A stretch of 64,000 nt of DNA from Heteronotia binoei. Lineage: Eukaryota. Of this stretch, positions 33,893 through 45,402 are shown in pieces. Numbering within the stretch: the first letter of the stretch is position 1; each line of letters starts with the position of its first letter. The DNA is taken from the NCBI RefSeq assembly GCF_032191835.1, contig NC_083233.1, positions 24,428,001 to 24,492,000 on the forward strand. The letters run 5' to 3'. The notes under the pieces were generated by a model, which was not told where the DNA came from, ran no database searches, and worked only from the letters and a program-made list of their open reading frames with translations. Both the position numbers and the translations under genes were made by a program.

Positions 33893-34499
33893 GAGCCATG
33901 TGGCGCAGTGGTAAAGCTGCAGTACTGCAACCCAAAGCTCTGCTCATGACCTGAGTTTGATCCCGGCAGAAGCTGGGTTCAGGTATGCGGCTGAAGGTTG
34001 ACTCAGCCTTCCATCCTTCCAAGATTGGTAAAATGAGTACCCAGCTTGCTGGGGGGAAAGCGTCGATGACTGGGGAAGGCAATGGCAAACCACCCCGTAA
34101 AAAGGCTGCCGCGAAAATGTTGTGAAAGCAACGTCACCCCAGAGTCGGAAACGACTGATGCTTGCACAGGGGTCTAAAAAGGGAGAGGTAGTCCCCTATG
34201 CAAGCACCAGTTGTTTCCAGCTCTGGGGTGATGTTGCTTTCACATTTTTGCGGCAGACTTTTTACGGGGTGGTTTGCCATTGCCTTCCCCAGTCATTTAC
34301 ACTTTCCCCCCAGGCAAGCTGGGTACTCATTTTACTGACCTGGGAAGGATGGAAGGCTGAGTCAACCTGGAGCCGCATACCTGAAGCCAGCTTCCACTGG
34401 GATTGAACTCAGGTCGTGAGCAGAGTTTGACTGCAGGACTGCAGCTGTACCACTGCGCCATGGGGCACCCCACACAGGGGACTACTTTTACCTTTTTAC
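33893..34499. mobile_element. Sauria SINE (+) with a second Sauria SINE (-) inserted in its tail
   Basis: Plus copy 33893-34172 resumes at 34481-34499; minus copy ~34173-34470 flanked by TSD cacagggg (34165-34172, 34473-34480). Confidence 0.85.
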
Positions 34500-34544
34500 A
34501 GTGAGTGAAACTACTTAGGCACTTAGCCAAGTGTACCTAGTTTT

Positions 34545-34710
34545 GACCTGAATAGCCCAGGCTAGCCTGATCTTGGAAGCTAAGTAGGGTCAGCCCTGGT
34601 TAGTACTTGGATGGGAAGCTACCAAGGACGTTCAGGGTTGCTATGCAGAGGCAGGCAATGACAAAACACCTCTCTTCATCTCTTGCCATGAAAACCCTAT
34701 GAGATCAGCT
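34545..34710 (+). mobile_element. 5S rRNA-derived SINE
   Basis: tgatcttggaagctaagtagggtcagccctggttagtacttggatggga matches the 5S internal promoter region, followed by non-5S SINE body. Confidence 0.8.
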
Positions 34711-35169
34711 TGCTGGTAGCAGGAACTGCTTTGCATATTAGGCCGCACACTCCTGATGTAGCCAATCCTCCTGGAGCTTACAGTAGACCCTGTACTAAGA
34801 GCCCTGTAAGCTCTTGGAGGACTGGGTACATCAGGAGTGTGTGGCCTAATATGCAGAGGAGTTCCTGCTATAAAAGAAAAGCCTTGCTGGCTATTTCCAC
34901 CACCAAGTGTACATGTGTTGGATTGTGCCCATAAAAATATTATACAGCCCTGAGCCTTGGTCAGCAGCTACCGGTAATTTAATGGAATCATCACACCAAG
35001 GTCAGACCACTGGCAGCTTACTGTTGTGACTGCCTATAACACACACAATTTCTCACGTGCATTAGACTGTCACTTGTGCCTCAGGATTGGAGGATCTGTT
35101 CACAGGGCTTCCAGTGACTGAGCTCCAGTGTTGGTCTGCATTGTAAGCTCTGGTCTTTCCACCTCCTAG

Positions 35170-35367
35170 CTGGTGATTGGAAACTTTGGACTGAGCTGGG
35201 ATCAGCAGGTAACACAGATGGCATTCTGGGCAATGATGGCAGCTCCGCTCCTAATGTCCAACGACTTGCGCCACATTAATCCAGCATCCAAGGCCCTGCT
35301 CCAAAACAAGGAAGTGATTGCCATCAACCAGGATCCACTGGGCAAGCAGGGATATCGAATCACCAAG
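35170..35367 (+). CDS. GLA: GLA exon 6
   Basis: tag|CTG...AAG|gtaaga; 198 nt; [34 protein letters not shown]...[10 protein letters not shown]. Confidence 0.97.
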
Positions 35368-35871
35368 GTAAGACTAGTTACTGAGGCTCCTCCTTGCATC
35401 TATGCGGTCCCATCTTGATGTTCCCAGCCTTTCTACTTGAGCCAATGAGAAGAGTAATAAATCCCAAGATGCTATGCTTTAAGGAAAGTGGTATGCTTGT
35501 CTTAAAATTTTGGTTTGGCGCAGTGAATTTGAGTTGTAAAGCCCCCAAATTCTTATTGCACTCAGGGTCCAAATTTACCAGGTAGCTGCTTGTTCTTTTT
35601 TGTTTTGGCACTCTGCCCAGCTCCTTATGGTATTAGTATTGCTTCAATTACTGGTATCAAAACCACCTAAAACTAGGTAAATGTCAAGCTCTGTCTTACA
35701 AATTCTGTGAAATTCTAAAACAAGGAAGTTCTTAGGAGTCCATCGGAATTTGAATTTTGATGGATCCAGCACCATGAAGCTAGTCTACTGTTTCACCAAA
35801 TTTAAGAGACAAATGTGGATATTCATGGTATATTGCTGCTACTCATGGAGCTGTCATGTCTTCTCTTGCAG

Positions 35872-36165
35872 GACCACAATGGCTTGGAATTGTGGGAGCG
35901 GCCTCTTTCGGGTGGGGCCTATGCCATAGCCATAATGAACAGTCAGGAGATTGGCGGGCCTCAGACTTACATGGTATCTCTCACCTTCCTTGGGAACGGC
36001 TTGGCCTGCAACCCTGCTTGTTCTGTTCAGCAGATCCTTCCCACCAGCAGAAATTTGGGGCTCCATAACTGGATTTCATTCTTGAAAGTGTTGGTGAACC
36101 CAACAGGCACTGTCCTGCTGAAGACTGTGGTGATTGAGGAAAAACGATCTCTGGGCATCTTATAA
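35872..36165 (+). CDS. GLA: GLA exon 7 with stop
   Basis: cag|GAC...TAA; WERPLSG...NSQEIGGP...LACNPAC...VNPTGTVLL; total CDS 1305 nt (434 aa). Confidence 0.95.
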   Translation, partial: DHNGLELWERPLSGGAYAIAIMNSQEIGGPQTYMVSLTFLGNGLACNPACSVQQILPTSRNLGLHNWISFLKVLVNPTGTVLLKTVVIEEKRSLGIL

Positions 36166-37049
36166 CGTGGCTCTTCGAACCATTCTGAGGAAGGTCATCT
36201 GCGGTTTTGCTGAAAGCTTAAGTCTCAGCAGACTGAGCCACCTTTTCCTAAGCCTTGTGACTGTTAACTGTTGAGGGATTGTAAAGGAATGGCAGATCTT
36301 TTGAGTCACAAGAATGTTTTCTTCCTCTGTGCTCTTCCTTCTCCCCCCCCTCCCCCCCCAAAAAAATTTGGTGAAGAATACAAGAGGGTGTGGTATATTA
36401 AGAGGCAATGGATGCCACTCAAAATCAGTGTTGCAGGCAGGTACATGAAGCTGAAAGGTGTTTGAGCCGAGCACCAAAGTGCCGTGCCATCCTGCCAGCT
36501 GTGGCTTGCTTAAAGTGCACACACCACCTTGAGCACAGGCAGCTCTTTGTAATATGTTTAGATAAGCGGCCAAGTGGGTCAGAGATAAAATTGGATAGAG
36601 GTTAGATGGATAGAGGTTTAATGTGCACAATCTGCATTTTTTTAAGGAGAGTATCGACACCCTTATTATTCAGTAAAGGGTTTTACCCATATTTCCTTTG
36701 TGGTAAAACAAGTCCTGTAGGTACCTGTTTCAACCACATGGGAGGTGGTGCTTACTCAGCCGGCCCAGGTCTCAAGCTGCTAGACCTGAATGAAGAATTC
36801 CAGCTCAGCAAATATAGGATTCCTTTTTGCTTACTGGACTGTGAGTTAAAGGTGGATTTGCTGGGTAACCTACACCCCAGACTTTTTAAAAGCCTTCTCT
36901 CCAAATTAAGAATCATTTGGTTTGAGGTTATTCACTCAGGTAGGTCTTTCCCTATCATTTTTTTTTTGTACACCTGATTCATTAGCTTTATATGCGAGGG
37001 ACAGGGCCAAAGTCAATTTCGGGGGGGGGGGGGGGGAATTATTTGAATA

Positions 37050-37308
37050 AAAAAGGTAAAGGTAGTCCCCCTGGGCAAGCACCAGTCGTTTCAGACTCTG
37101 GGGTGACATTGTTTTCACGGCAGACTTTTTAACGGGGTGGTTTGCCACTGCCTTCCCCAGTCATCTATACTTTCCCCCCAGCAAGCTGGGTACTCATTTT
37201 ACCGACCTCAGAAGGATGGAAGGCTGAGTCAACCTGAGCCGGCTACCTGAAACCAGCAGAGTTCAGACTGCAGTACTGCAGCTTTACCACTCTGCACCAC
37301 GGGGCTCT
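37050..37308 (-). mobile_element. Sauria SINE
   Basis: Reverse complement of the family; another minus copy at 60052-60335. Confidence 0.88.
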
Positions 37309-38074
37309 AAACGGCTGTGCAAATGAAATAACAGAATGAGCTCTAAGCATATTTATCTCTCTGTGTGATGGAACTCCAACCTAGATAGCCAGATTTCAGG
37401 AGCTAAGCAAGGTCAGCCCTGGTTAAGAAGTCCAGGGTCGAGGCGCACCTCTGAATATCTTTTGCCTTGAAAACCCTATGGAGTCACCATAAGTCAGCTG
37501 TGATTTCACAGCAGAAAAGTGTAGAGACAGGCAGAGTAATCTTTTTAAGTTTCCAGGTTCTGTTCATTTGGCTGCCTCTTCCCTCAAGGCTGCATATTCT
37601 ACTATTGGAGATCCCCAACAGGTGCTCTGATATCAGCAATCTTATTTTTAAACAAAGGACAGCAGTGCTCAAAAAGCAATTTATAGGTTGTCCCCCCCCC
37701 GCCTCCCCCCAAAAAGCTTTTCTTCATATACCTTGCTTCCTGTGACTGCTGGCAGTGGAAGTGAGTTCCTCTGGCTAACTAGGGTTCTTAAAACTGTTGC
37801 ACTGCAATTGCTGCTGTTATGAGACAGTAAGTGCCTGAGCCTCATGAAACAGCAGGAAACCAAAGCTTTGTTTGTTTCTTTTAAAATGTTTTGTTTCTAG
37901 CTTATGTTAATGAATGTGTATGTATATATGGAGTCATTTTGTGTATATGATGAATAGTGATCTCACTGGTGTAGATGGCTTTAAAGAAAATTAAGCACAA
38001 ACCATACTCAGCAGCTGTACTTTGGCAGTTTTTGAAGCGAGCAGAGAGGAAGGTGGGATACCAATTTTGAGTAC

Positions 38075-38560
38075 TGGATCCATTTCAAGGTTTTAGTTTC
38101 AACTTTCAAAGCCTTACATGGCCTGGGACCGACGTATCTACGGAACTGCCTCTCCCCATGTATGCCCCGGAGAACATTATGATCTGGTTGGCACTCAGCA
38201 TCTGCTGACCATCTCTGGCCCGAAGGACATCCGCCTAGCCTTTTCGGCGTTGGCCCCAGCCTGGTGGAATCAGCTCCCTTCAGAGATCCGGGCCCTTACT
38301 GAATTGTTACCTTTTCATACGGCCTGTAAGACAGAGCTATTCCACCAGGCATTTGGTTGAGGCAGTGGGCGTCCTATCCCATCGGCTGACCCTATGCTGC
38401 AATACCACCCTGCTGAAATACTGATTTTATACAATCACATGTTCAGTATATTATCCTGTGCCTTACTGAGCCACCAAATTGTATTATTTTTATTGGTTTT
38501 AATTTGTTTTACAATGTTGTTATCTGCCCTGAGCCGTCTTGGGAAGGGCAGAATATATAT
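38075..38560 (+). mobile_element. L2 LINE 3' fragment
   Basis: Encodes RLAFSALAPAWWNQLPSEIR...FHTACKTELFHQAF; tail atctgccctgagcc...gggaagggcagaatata...aaataa. Confidence 0.8.
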
Positions 38561-39339
38561 CTAAATATATAAATAAAATTTAAGAGTGCCCTTTAAGGCT
38601 CAGTTGAGTTGCTCCAGTGTAATTCTGGCTTGCCCCAGTACACTCTCCATCAGCAAACAAGGTACTGCTATGGCCAGTCCATCAGGTGGGTGATCATGGC
38701 TCTGCAGGGATGTATTAAGTCTGTCTCAGTCCCCGCCACCTCCATTTAAGCAAGGTGGATTGGTATTAGGCAGCTCAATTTCATCTCTGAGTTGATCTGT
38801 GTTAGTTTTGTGTGAGTGAGGCAAAACATGATGGATACTAACCCTTAGGGGTTGCCAAACTTGCTTAACATAAGACCCACAAGACAGGAAGGATGGGGGA
38901 AGAGGTAGAAAGAAAGCAAGTTTAACTTTAAACGCATTCTCCAAGCTGCTGGCTTGGAGAACTAATTTAAAGAGACAAATGCTTTCTCCAAGCTGGCCAC
39001 AGGGCAGTGGGGGCTTCAAGAGCTACAGAAGATGTGGGAAAAGGCCACATGCAGCTCCCGAGCCGCAGTATGGCCACCCCTGCTCTAAACTGTTGCACTG
39101 TGGAAAGTCTTGGCCTGTTTCTTTGAGTGGGGCTTTGCACTGCAACTTTTCTCTGTTAACAGCCATTACTGACTATTAATGCAACAACTTAACACAAGGG
39201 GATGACTGGGACAGAATACCGAGGAGGAGAATACAGGAGTCTCAAAGTTGTCTTGTCAAGGTTAAGAAGTGGATCTGTACACCTGATAAGGTCCTCTCGA
39301 GCACAAAATCTGCAACAGGAAAGTGCATTTCCATTGGAT

Positions 39340-39345
39340 TTTAAT
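39340..39345 (-). promoter_or_regulatory. Probable RPL36A polyadenylation signal ATTAAA
   Basis: ATTAAA on the minus strand about 30 nt after the stop codon. Confidence 0.65.
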
Positions 39346-39376
39346 GGGTTCCATAGCAAAAGTACAAGCTGAATGT

Positions 39377-39397
39377 CTAGAACTGGATGACTTGGCC
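39377..39397 (-). CDS. RPL36A: RPL36A exon 5 with stop
   Basis: cag|GGC CAA GTC ATC CAG TTC TAG; GQVIQF*. Confidence 0.95.
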   Translation of the reverse strand, partial: GQVIQF

Positions 39398-39524
39398 CTG
39401 GAGGGGAAAAAAACACAAAAATACAGACCATGAGCAAGTGTCATTGTTAGTGAAAAGCAATTTTTGTGTGAACAGTGAAAGACAAGTGGAGCTTTAGAGC
39501 TATGTCCTGCCAAAAAGTGGCCTA

Positions 39525-39713
<189 letters not shown>

Positions 39714-40239
39714 CTAGAACAGGAGAGCACGTCGGCAGGGAGTTGAAAACCTTGTATTGTGAACCCTGATGCAAAGAACCAGTCAATGAAAGAGAGAAAG
39801 ACTGGGAGTTGCTCAACAGAAGTTTTTGGAAGCGGTGTTTTGCAACCTGGGCGTAAGGCCTACTATTATACTGCCTGTGCCTTGATCACCAGTTTGCAAC
39901 TATTCCACAAATGTATAATTAATGTATGGAATTTAATGCCACAAGATGAAGTTATGGCTGGTAGCTTTAAAACGCAACTAGTAAAATTATTAGGTCATTA
40001 AGACTAACAGAAGTTTCCAAAAACATGTCAGTGAATACCAGCTACAGAAGGGCAATAAGCAAGGGACGTCTCATGGCTGCTTGGCCACTGTGGGCAACTG
40101 CTGTATTAGACAGCTTTTCCTGATCCAGCAAGGCTCTTAGAAGCCCTCACAAACCATGAGAATGAAGGTCTGCACACTCTGACTTCTGGATGTCGCTCCA
40201 AACTCAGTGAGTTTCCACAGCCCTCCAAGCTAAGCTCAC

Positions 40240-40307
40240 CTTCTTGCGGAAAATAGGCTTCGTCTGACCACCATAGCCACTCTGTTTGCGATCATATCTT
40301 CTCTTTC
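40240..40307 (-). CDS. RPL36A: RPL36A exon 3
   Basis: tag|GA AAG...AAG|gtgagc; [23 protein letters not shown]. Confidence 0.97.
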
Positions 40308-40997
40308 CTAAAGGGAAGAAGTTGCATCAATGAAATGAAGAGCTTGAAGGGCATATCTTATAATTTTTGTATCACTGTACAAAGAGTAAAAGACTAACCC
40401 TAATTCCGCAACACCCCAAAGTCAGGCCACCCACAGACAAGATGGGATAACATACTCCGGACCAGTGTTCCCTCTAAGCTGAGTTAGTGTGGGCTAGCTC
40501 AGTTTTTTGGATTCCAGCTCACACATTTATGTCTTAGCTCAGGAAAAATGGCCCCAGAGCAAACTAATTTATGCAGTAGCTCACAGCTTTAATGCTTGTA
40601 CCTCATGAAGCAGAATTTTTGCTCACAAGACTCCATAGCTTAGAGGGAGTATTGCTCAGGATTCTCAAAAAATGCAGAAAAATATGACTTTGTAAACTGC
40701 TTAAAGATACACACTCTGACCAATATGCTCCAGGACAAAATCAGGAGAATGTGTTAGTAGAGGATAAATATCAGCCTACCAATCCCTTAAGTGCTTATAG
40801 AATCCTGGAGCGGTAGAAGTTTAGAGTGAGTGAGACCCCCAAATTGTTCATGACTCCTAGCTTATTTTATCAGTGAACCTTGTATCCAGGATATATTGTT
40901 TACTGCCAGATTTAATAGTGTTAGATTTTGAAATGTTTTAATTATTGATTGGTTTTAATGTGATCTTAATGTCTTATTATTGTATTGTTCACTTTTA

Positions 40998-41312
<315 letters not shown>

Positions 41313-42999
41313 CTAGCAAGAAAGGACATCAAGCTTTAAAACAGCAATCATGTTTTCCTACGCTGTTCCTTTAGTAATCCAATCCCATCCTCCCCAAAAC
41401 TCAGACTGCGTCTTAAAGGAACAAATCTGGTACCAAAACCTTGCTATTAAGAGCATCGTATAGCTGCCCTCTTTCACTCTGCAAATGCTGAAGCACTGAA
41501 CACCCTTGCTCAGTAGAATAAAATAAAATGCCAGGAGTCTTCCCCAGAGTTAGAACAGGGAATTAGAGACTGAACTGCAATCCACAAGGCCCCAGTTCAA
41601 ACCTGACCTGTGCCATAGACCCTTTAAGTGTCCATAGGCAAGCCATTATATCTTTCAGTATCACATACTAGTGGGATAGCCAAGCTGACCTTCTACGTTT
41701 TGCTATAAACTGTACTAACACCAGTGTTCCCTCTAAGCTGAGTTAGCGTGAGCTAGCTCAGTTTTTTTAGCCTACAGCTCACACATTTTTGTTTTAGCTC
41801 AGGAAGGATGACTCCAGAGCACACTAATTTATGCAGTAGCGCACAACTTTAATGCCAGTAGCTCACAAAGTAAATTTTTGCTCAGAAGATTCCACAGCCT
41901 ACAGGGAACATTCTGCCAGAGTACATTATGCACTCTGAACCCTTTAAAGCACTATATAATTTTTCTTCTGGACTGTAATCCTTCAGAGAGAAAAATCCCT
42001 ACTTCGACATGCAGACATTTTCTACACAGGGAAACAACAGAGGAATTTCAGTGCTATACCTGGAGAGGGCAAGATTTAGTGTCACTGGCCCTGCTGGCTT
42101 GGAACAGATATTGGGGCTAGAAGGCACCTAGCAAAATACTTCAGAACCATGAAGCAAAGAAGAACAGGCACCAAATCCAGCCCCAGAAGCAATGTGTGAT
42201 CCTCCCAACGCTCAGTGTTCAGAAGCATAGTCTCTCTAAACATATTCCCATTAGCCATTGTAGAATCCAGCAAATCATTAACCTCTGCTCCTTTAATTTC
42301 TACAGCCCCCTTTTAAAGTTGTCCAACTACTAGCAACAGCTTTCTGTGACAATAAATCCCAGGTATCTGTTACATGTGTCATGCAAATAAATGCTTTTTT
42401 TTTTTTTTGCCTGCCTGAATCTGCTATCTCTGGGTGACATCAAGTGCTAATACAGTAGAGGGATGAAATAGTTCTATCCACTTTCTCCGTACAATGCACA
42501 ATTCTGCATATACTATATTGTCGCCCATCTTTTTTCTTAATCAAAAAGCCCTAAACTCTTCAACCTTTCCTTACATGGAACGGGGCTCTTGATTGTTTTG
42601 GTTCTCCTCCACCTCTACAATATTGTGTTCGAAGTGCAATAACTAGAACAGCACACGGGATTCCCACATGTTATCAGGGTTCACAATAATAATAATTATA
42701 AATAATAATTTTGCATGCATGATATATCATCACAATTTTTTTTAAAACCACTCTGCACGGTAAGTCAATACTAGTCCCCTATTGCAGTTGGGGACCGAGG
42801 CCGAGAGATACTGCAGCTTGTCTAAGGCCACCTTCTGAACACGTAGCTGGAGTGAAATTCGAACTAGCGCCTTCTCAGATCTCCTTCTCCCCGTGTTACA
42901 GCAGCACTCCGCTACACCAGCGACTTTATAATGCTGGCAGTTTAATCAGCCTTCAGGCATGTGAGTCCTCACCCACGGTCCGAAGTGGTACAGCCCAAG

Positions 43000-43560
43000 C
43001 GCCAGTTTGCCACATTAGCGAAAAAGAGGCCTAAATACCCATAGGATTTGCATTCGGGTACTCCCTCAATGGAGAGAAGCAGGAAAGGGCCTACCCACCC
43101 GCACTTCCCCTAACCTCGGGCCTAGTCCGTCTCCGTGGCCTCTTTGTCACGATCCCCTGGTATTAAGTCGACCGGACGCCTCAGGGCCGCGTCGCCCACA
43201 TCGGTCTGCATCGTTGGGCGGCACCCGTGACTCTCGTCCCTCAACCCCCGAGGCAGATGACACCGGATTCACCCCACTCACCATCTTCCCGGCGTCTCCA
43301 GCACCCACCGAAAGGGCCGGCCTCCTAAAGCGGAAGAGGCTAATACACAGGGGCACAGGAAAGTGGGAGGCTAGAGCGTCTCTTGTCGTGCTCGGCAGTG
43401 TTTCTGGGAAAACTTGTGCGCCACCTATCGGGAACGAGTGGTGGAAAATTATGCAAATTCCAGAAATGATGGGGCGTCGCCTGTGCTTCAAGGCTGCAAT
43501 CCTCCGCGCGTTTTTTCGTAGAGATTTTTCCCTTTAGACTTTAGTTCCAAAGCGGGGAAA
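43000..43560. promoter_or_regulatory. CpG island/RPL36A promoter
   Basis: CpG-dense; CGGAAG ETS-type site at ~43331; ATGCAAAT at 43451-43458. Confidence 0.7.
43282..43284 (-). CDS. RPL36A: RPL36A exon 1 coding part (ATG only)
   Basis: gggaagATG|gtgagt in a CpG island, preceded by pyrimidine tracts (ccctttcgg, cctcttccgcttt) typical of 5'TOP starts; total CDS 321 nt. Confidence 0.88.
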
Positions 43561-45173
43561 TTGTTAGCTGCAGCTTTGCTTTCGCCATCACAGCATGACT
43601 GCACTGACACGAAAAGCTGCCACGCTTGGAATTTTCCTGTTTATCTGACTTTTAAAGGTGCAGGTGCCTCCCCCCCTCAAATTTCTGATGAGGTATAAAA
43701 GCGGAGCGGAGATCTACAGTTGCCAAGGGCGGGGAAGCAGAATAACTTCTTTCTTTATTTAACCATTTTTTAAAATCAGGAACAACGGAGATCTGATGGT
43801 ACTTCTTAGAACTTTAGTTGGAAAGAGGAAGCCGCTGCTGCTGTGCAAAGCTGGGGACTTTTCCTGTACAGAGAGATTGCAAACTATAATGCTTCCCCGC
43901 CCCCGTTTGCAAGAGCCCCGAACTCCGGTTCTCCCCCTCCCCTTTCCCTTCTACTTGACCTTCATAATGAGAAAAACACACTGCCTGAGCTGATAGCCAG
44001 AATACACTGGAGATGAACACTGCTAGGATAAAACGCCTAGTGTCTAAAAGAAGATTGTGCCACACACTTCAGTCTGCTTATGCGCAGACACACTGTTATT
44101 AAGTTCATAGGTTTCCTCAGCTAACATCTGGCCGTGCAGCCAGCCCCCACTCAAATCACACCCTGCCTTGGTTTTGTCCCCATTGGCAGGGACCATCCTG
44201 AACATACTTCCTCTCTTTAGCCTATGTTTTTCTTGTGCTCCCTCCCATCTTCTACTGAGCCAAATTAGGCTGGGGTTAGGGTGCCAACCTCCCAAGTGGT
44301 GGCTGGAGACTTGCTATTGCAATTGATCTCCACATGACACCGATTGGCTCACCTGGAGCAAATAGCTGTGCTGAAAGATGCACTCTCTGGCATTGTACTC
44401 TGCTGAGGTGCCTCCCCTCCCCAAACCCCTAGACTCTAGTCCACAAATCTCCAGGTATTTCCAACCCAGAGCTGGCAACCAGACCAGTAGCCAGAATTTG
44501 AAAAGTTGGGGGGGGGGGACATGTAAAAAAGTCGAGGGGCACTTCATGGCTCCCCTCCCCTGGCTGCTGTTGCTGCTGTGACTCAGGGCACCTGACTTAG
44601 GGTGCCTGACCTTCCTTGTTCCTGAGTCTCCCTCCCATGCAATTTAAATCGGGGGGGGGGGGGCGCAGGGAGGTGGTGGTAGGGTTCCCAGCATCTGTTT
44701 TCACCCCAGTGGTAGGGGTAGAGGGATGGAAGGTCGGGGGCACCTGACAGGAAGTCAGGGGGCAGGGCCCCCACAGCCCCCCCCCTGTAGCCACAGGCCT
44801 ACAGGCAACCCTATCTTGGACAGAAATAATAAGCTTTTATCTTTAACAGGTCACTTTGCCTGTTCAAACTGGCATGATTAGAAATCCTGTTAAATCCTTA
44901 CACTGATTAAGATGATTCCCCTCCACCCTCAGGGTTGTTTACTTACTTGGCATCTATTTCTGTTGTCTGTTTGTCCTGCTGCTTCTCTGCCTGCCCATAA
45001 AGTCAGTTCTGGTCCTCCCCCCCAAAAACCCTTCCCCTTCTCTGCTTTGCTGCAGACACACACCTACTGTCCGTTACAGCCCTGTGTTGAATTTAAGAGC
45101 CTCTTTCTTGTATCAGAAGCACAGGTGGCATCACGACAGAAAGGAAACCAAAGACGTTTGGCTGGAAACTAAG

Positions 45174-45197
45174 AAAAGGGGAACTGAAAGGGTGGGG
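45174..45197 (+). promoter_or_regulatory. Candidate BTK proximal promoter: PU.1/Spi-B site plus Sp1 GT box
   Basis: aaaaggggaactgaaagggtgggg resembles the mammalian BTK promoter (AAAAGGGAACTG...AAAGGGTGGGG, recalled); correct position and orientation upstream of BTK. Confidence 0.7.
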
Positions 45198-45224
45198 TTA
45201 GCCCCAGATGACCGTCTTTCCTGC

Positions 45225-45402
45225 AGCTCAGCGCAGTTCTTGCACTGAGTCTCCCGCTCCTGTCGCCAGCCGTTGAAACACTCGGAAACCAGCGGTCCAT
45301 GCGCTGATTTTTCCAAAGTCTGCACACATCTGGAAAGTCACTGCCTGTGAGGGAAGCCAACCGCAGGGCCTGTGTGCAGAAAGAGTGAGGACCCCCTAAC
45401 CA
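45225..45402 (+). other. BTK: Candidate non-coding BTK exon 1
   Basis: Follows the promoter motifs; donor candidate ca|gtgagt at 45403 (alternative ga|gtgagg near 45385); start approximate. Confidence 0.5.

Noticed and set aside
34567-34616. 5S rRNA gene
   Set aside because: Only the internal promoter part is present, it is diverged, fused to SINE sequence and lacks the oligo-T terminator.
45208-45276. In-frame upstream ATG extending BTK from candidate exon 1
   Set aside because: The frame stops at TGA 45274-45276, and the next ATG (45299) is followed by a stop after one codon.
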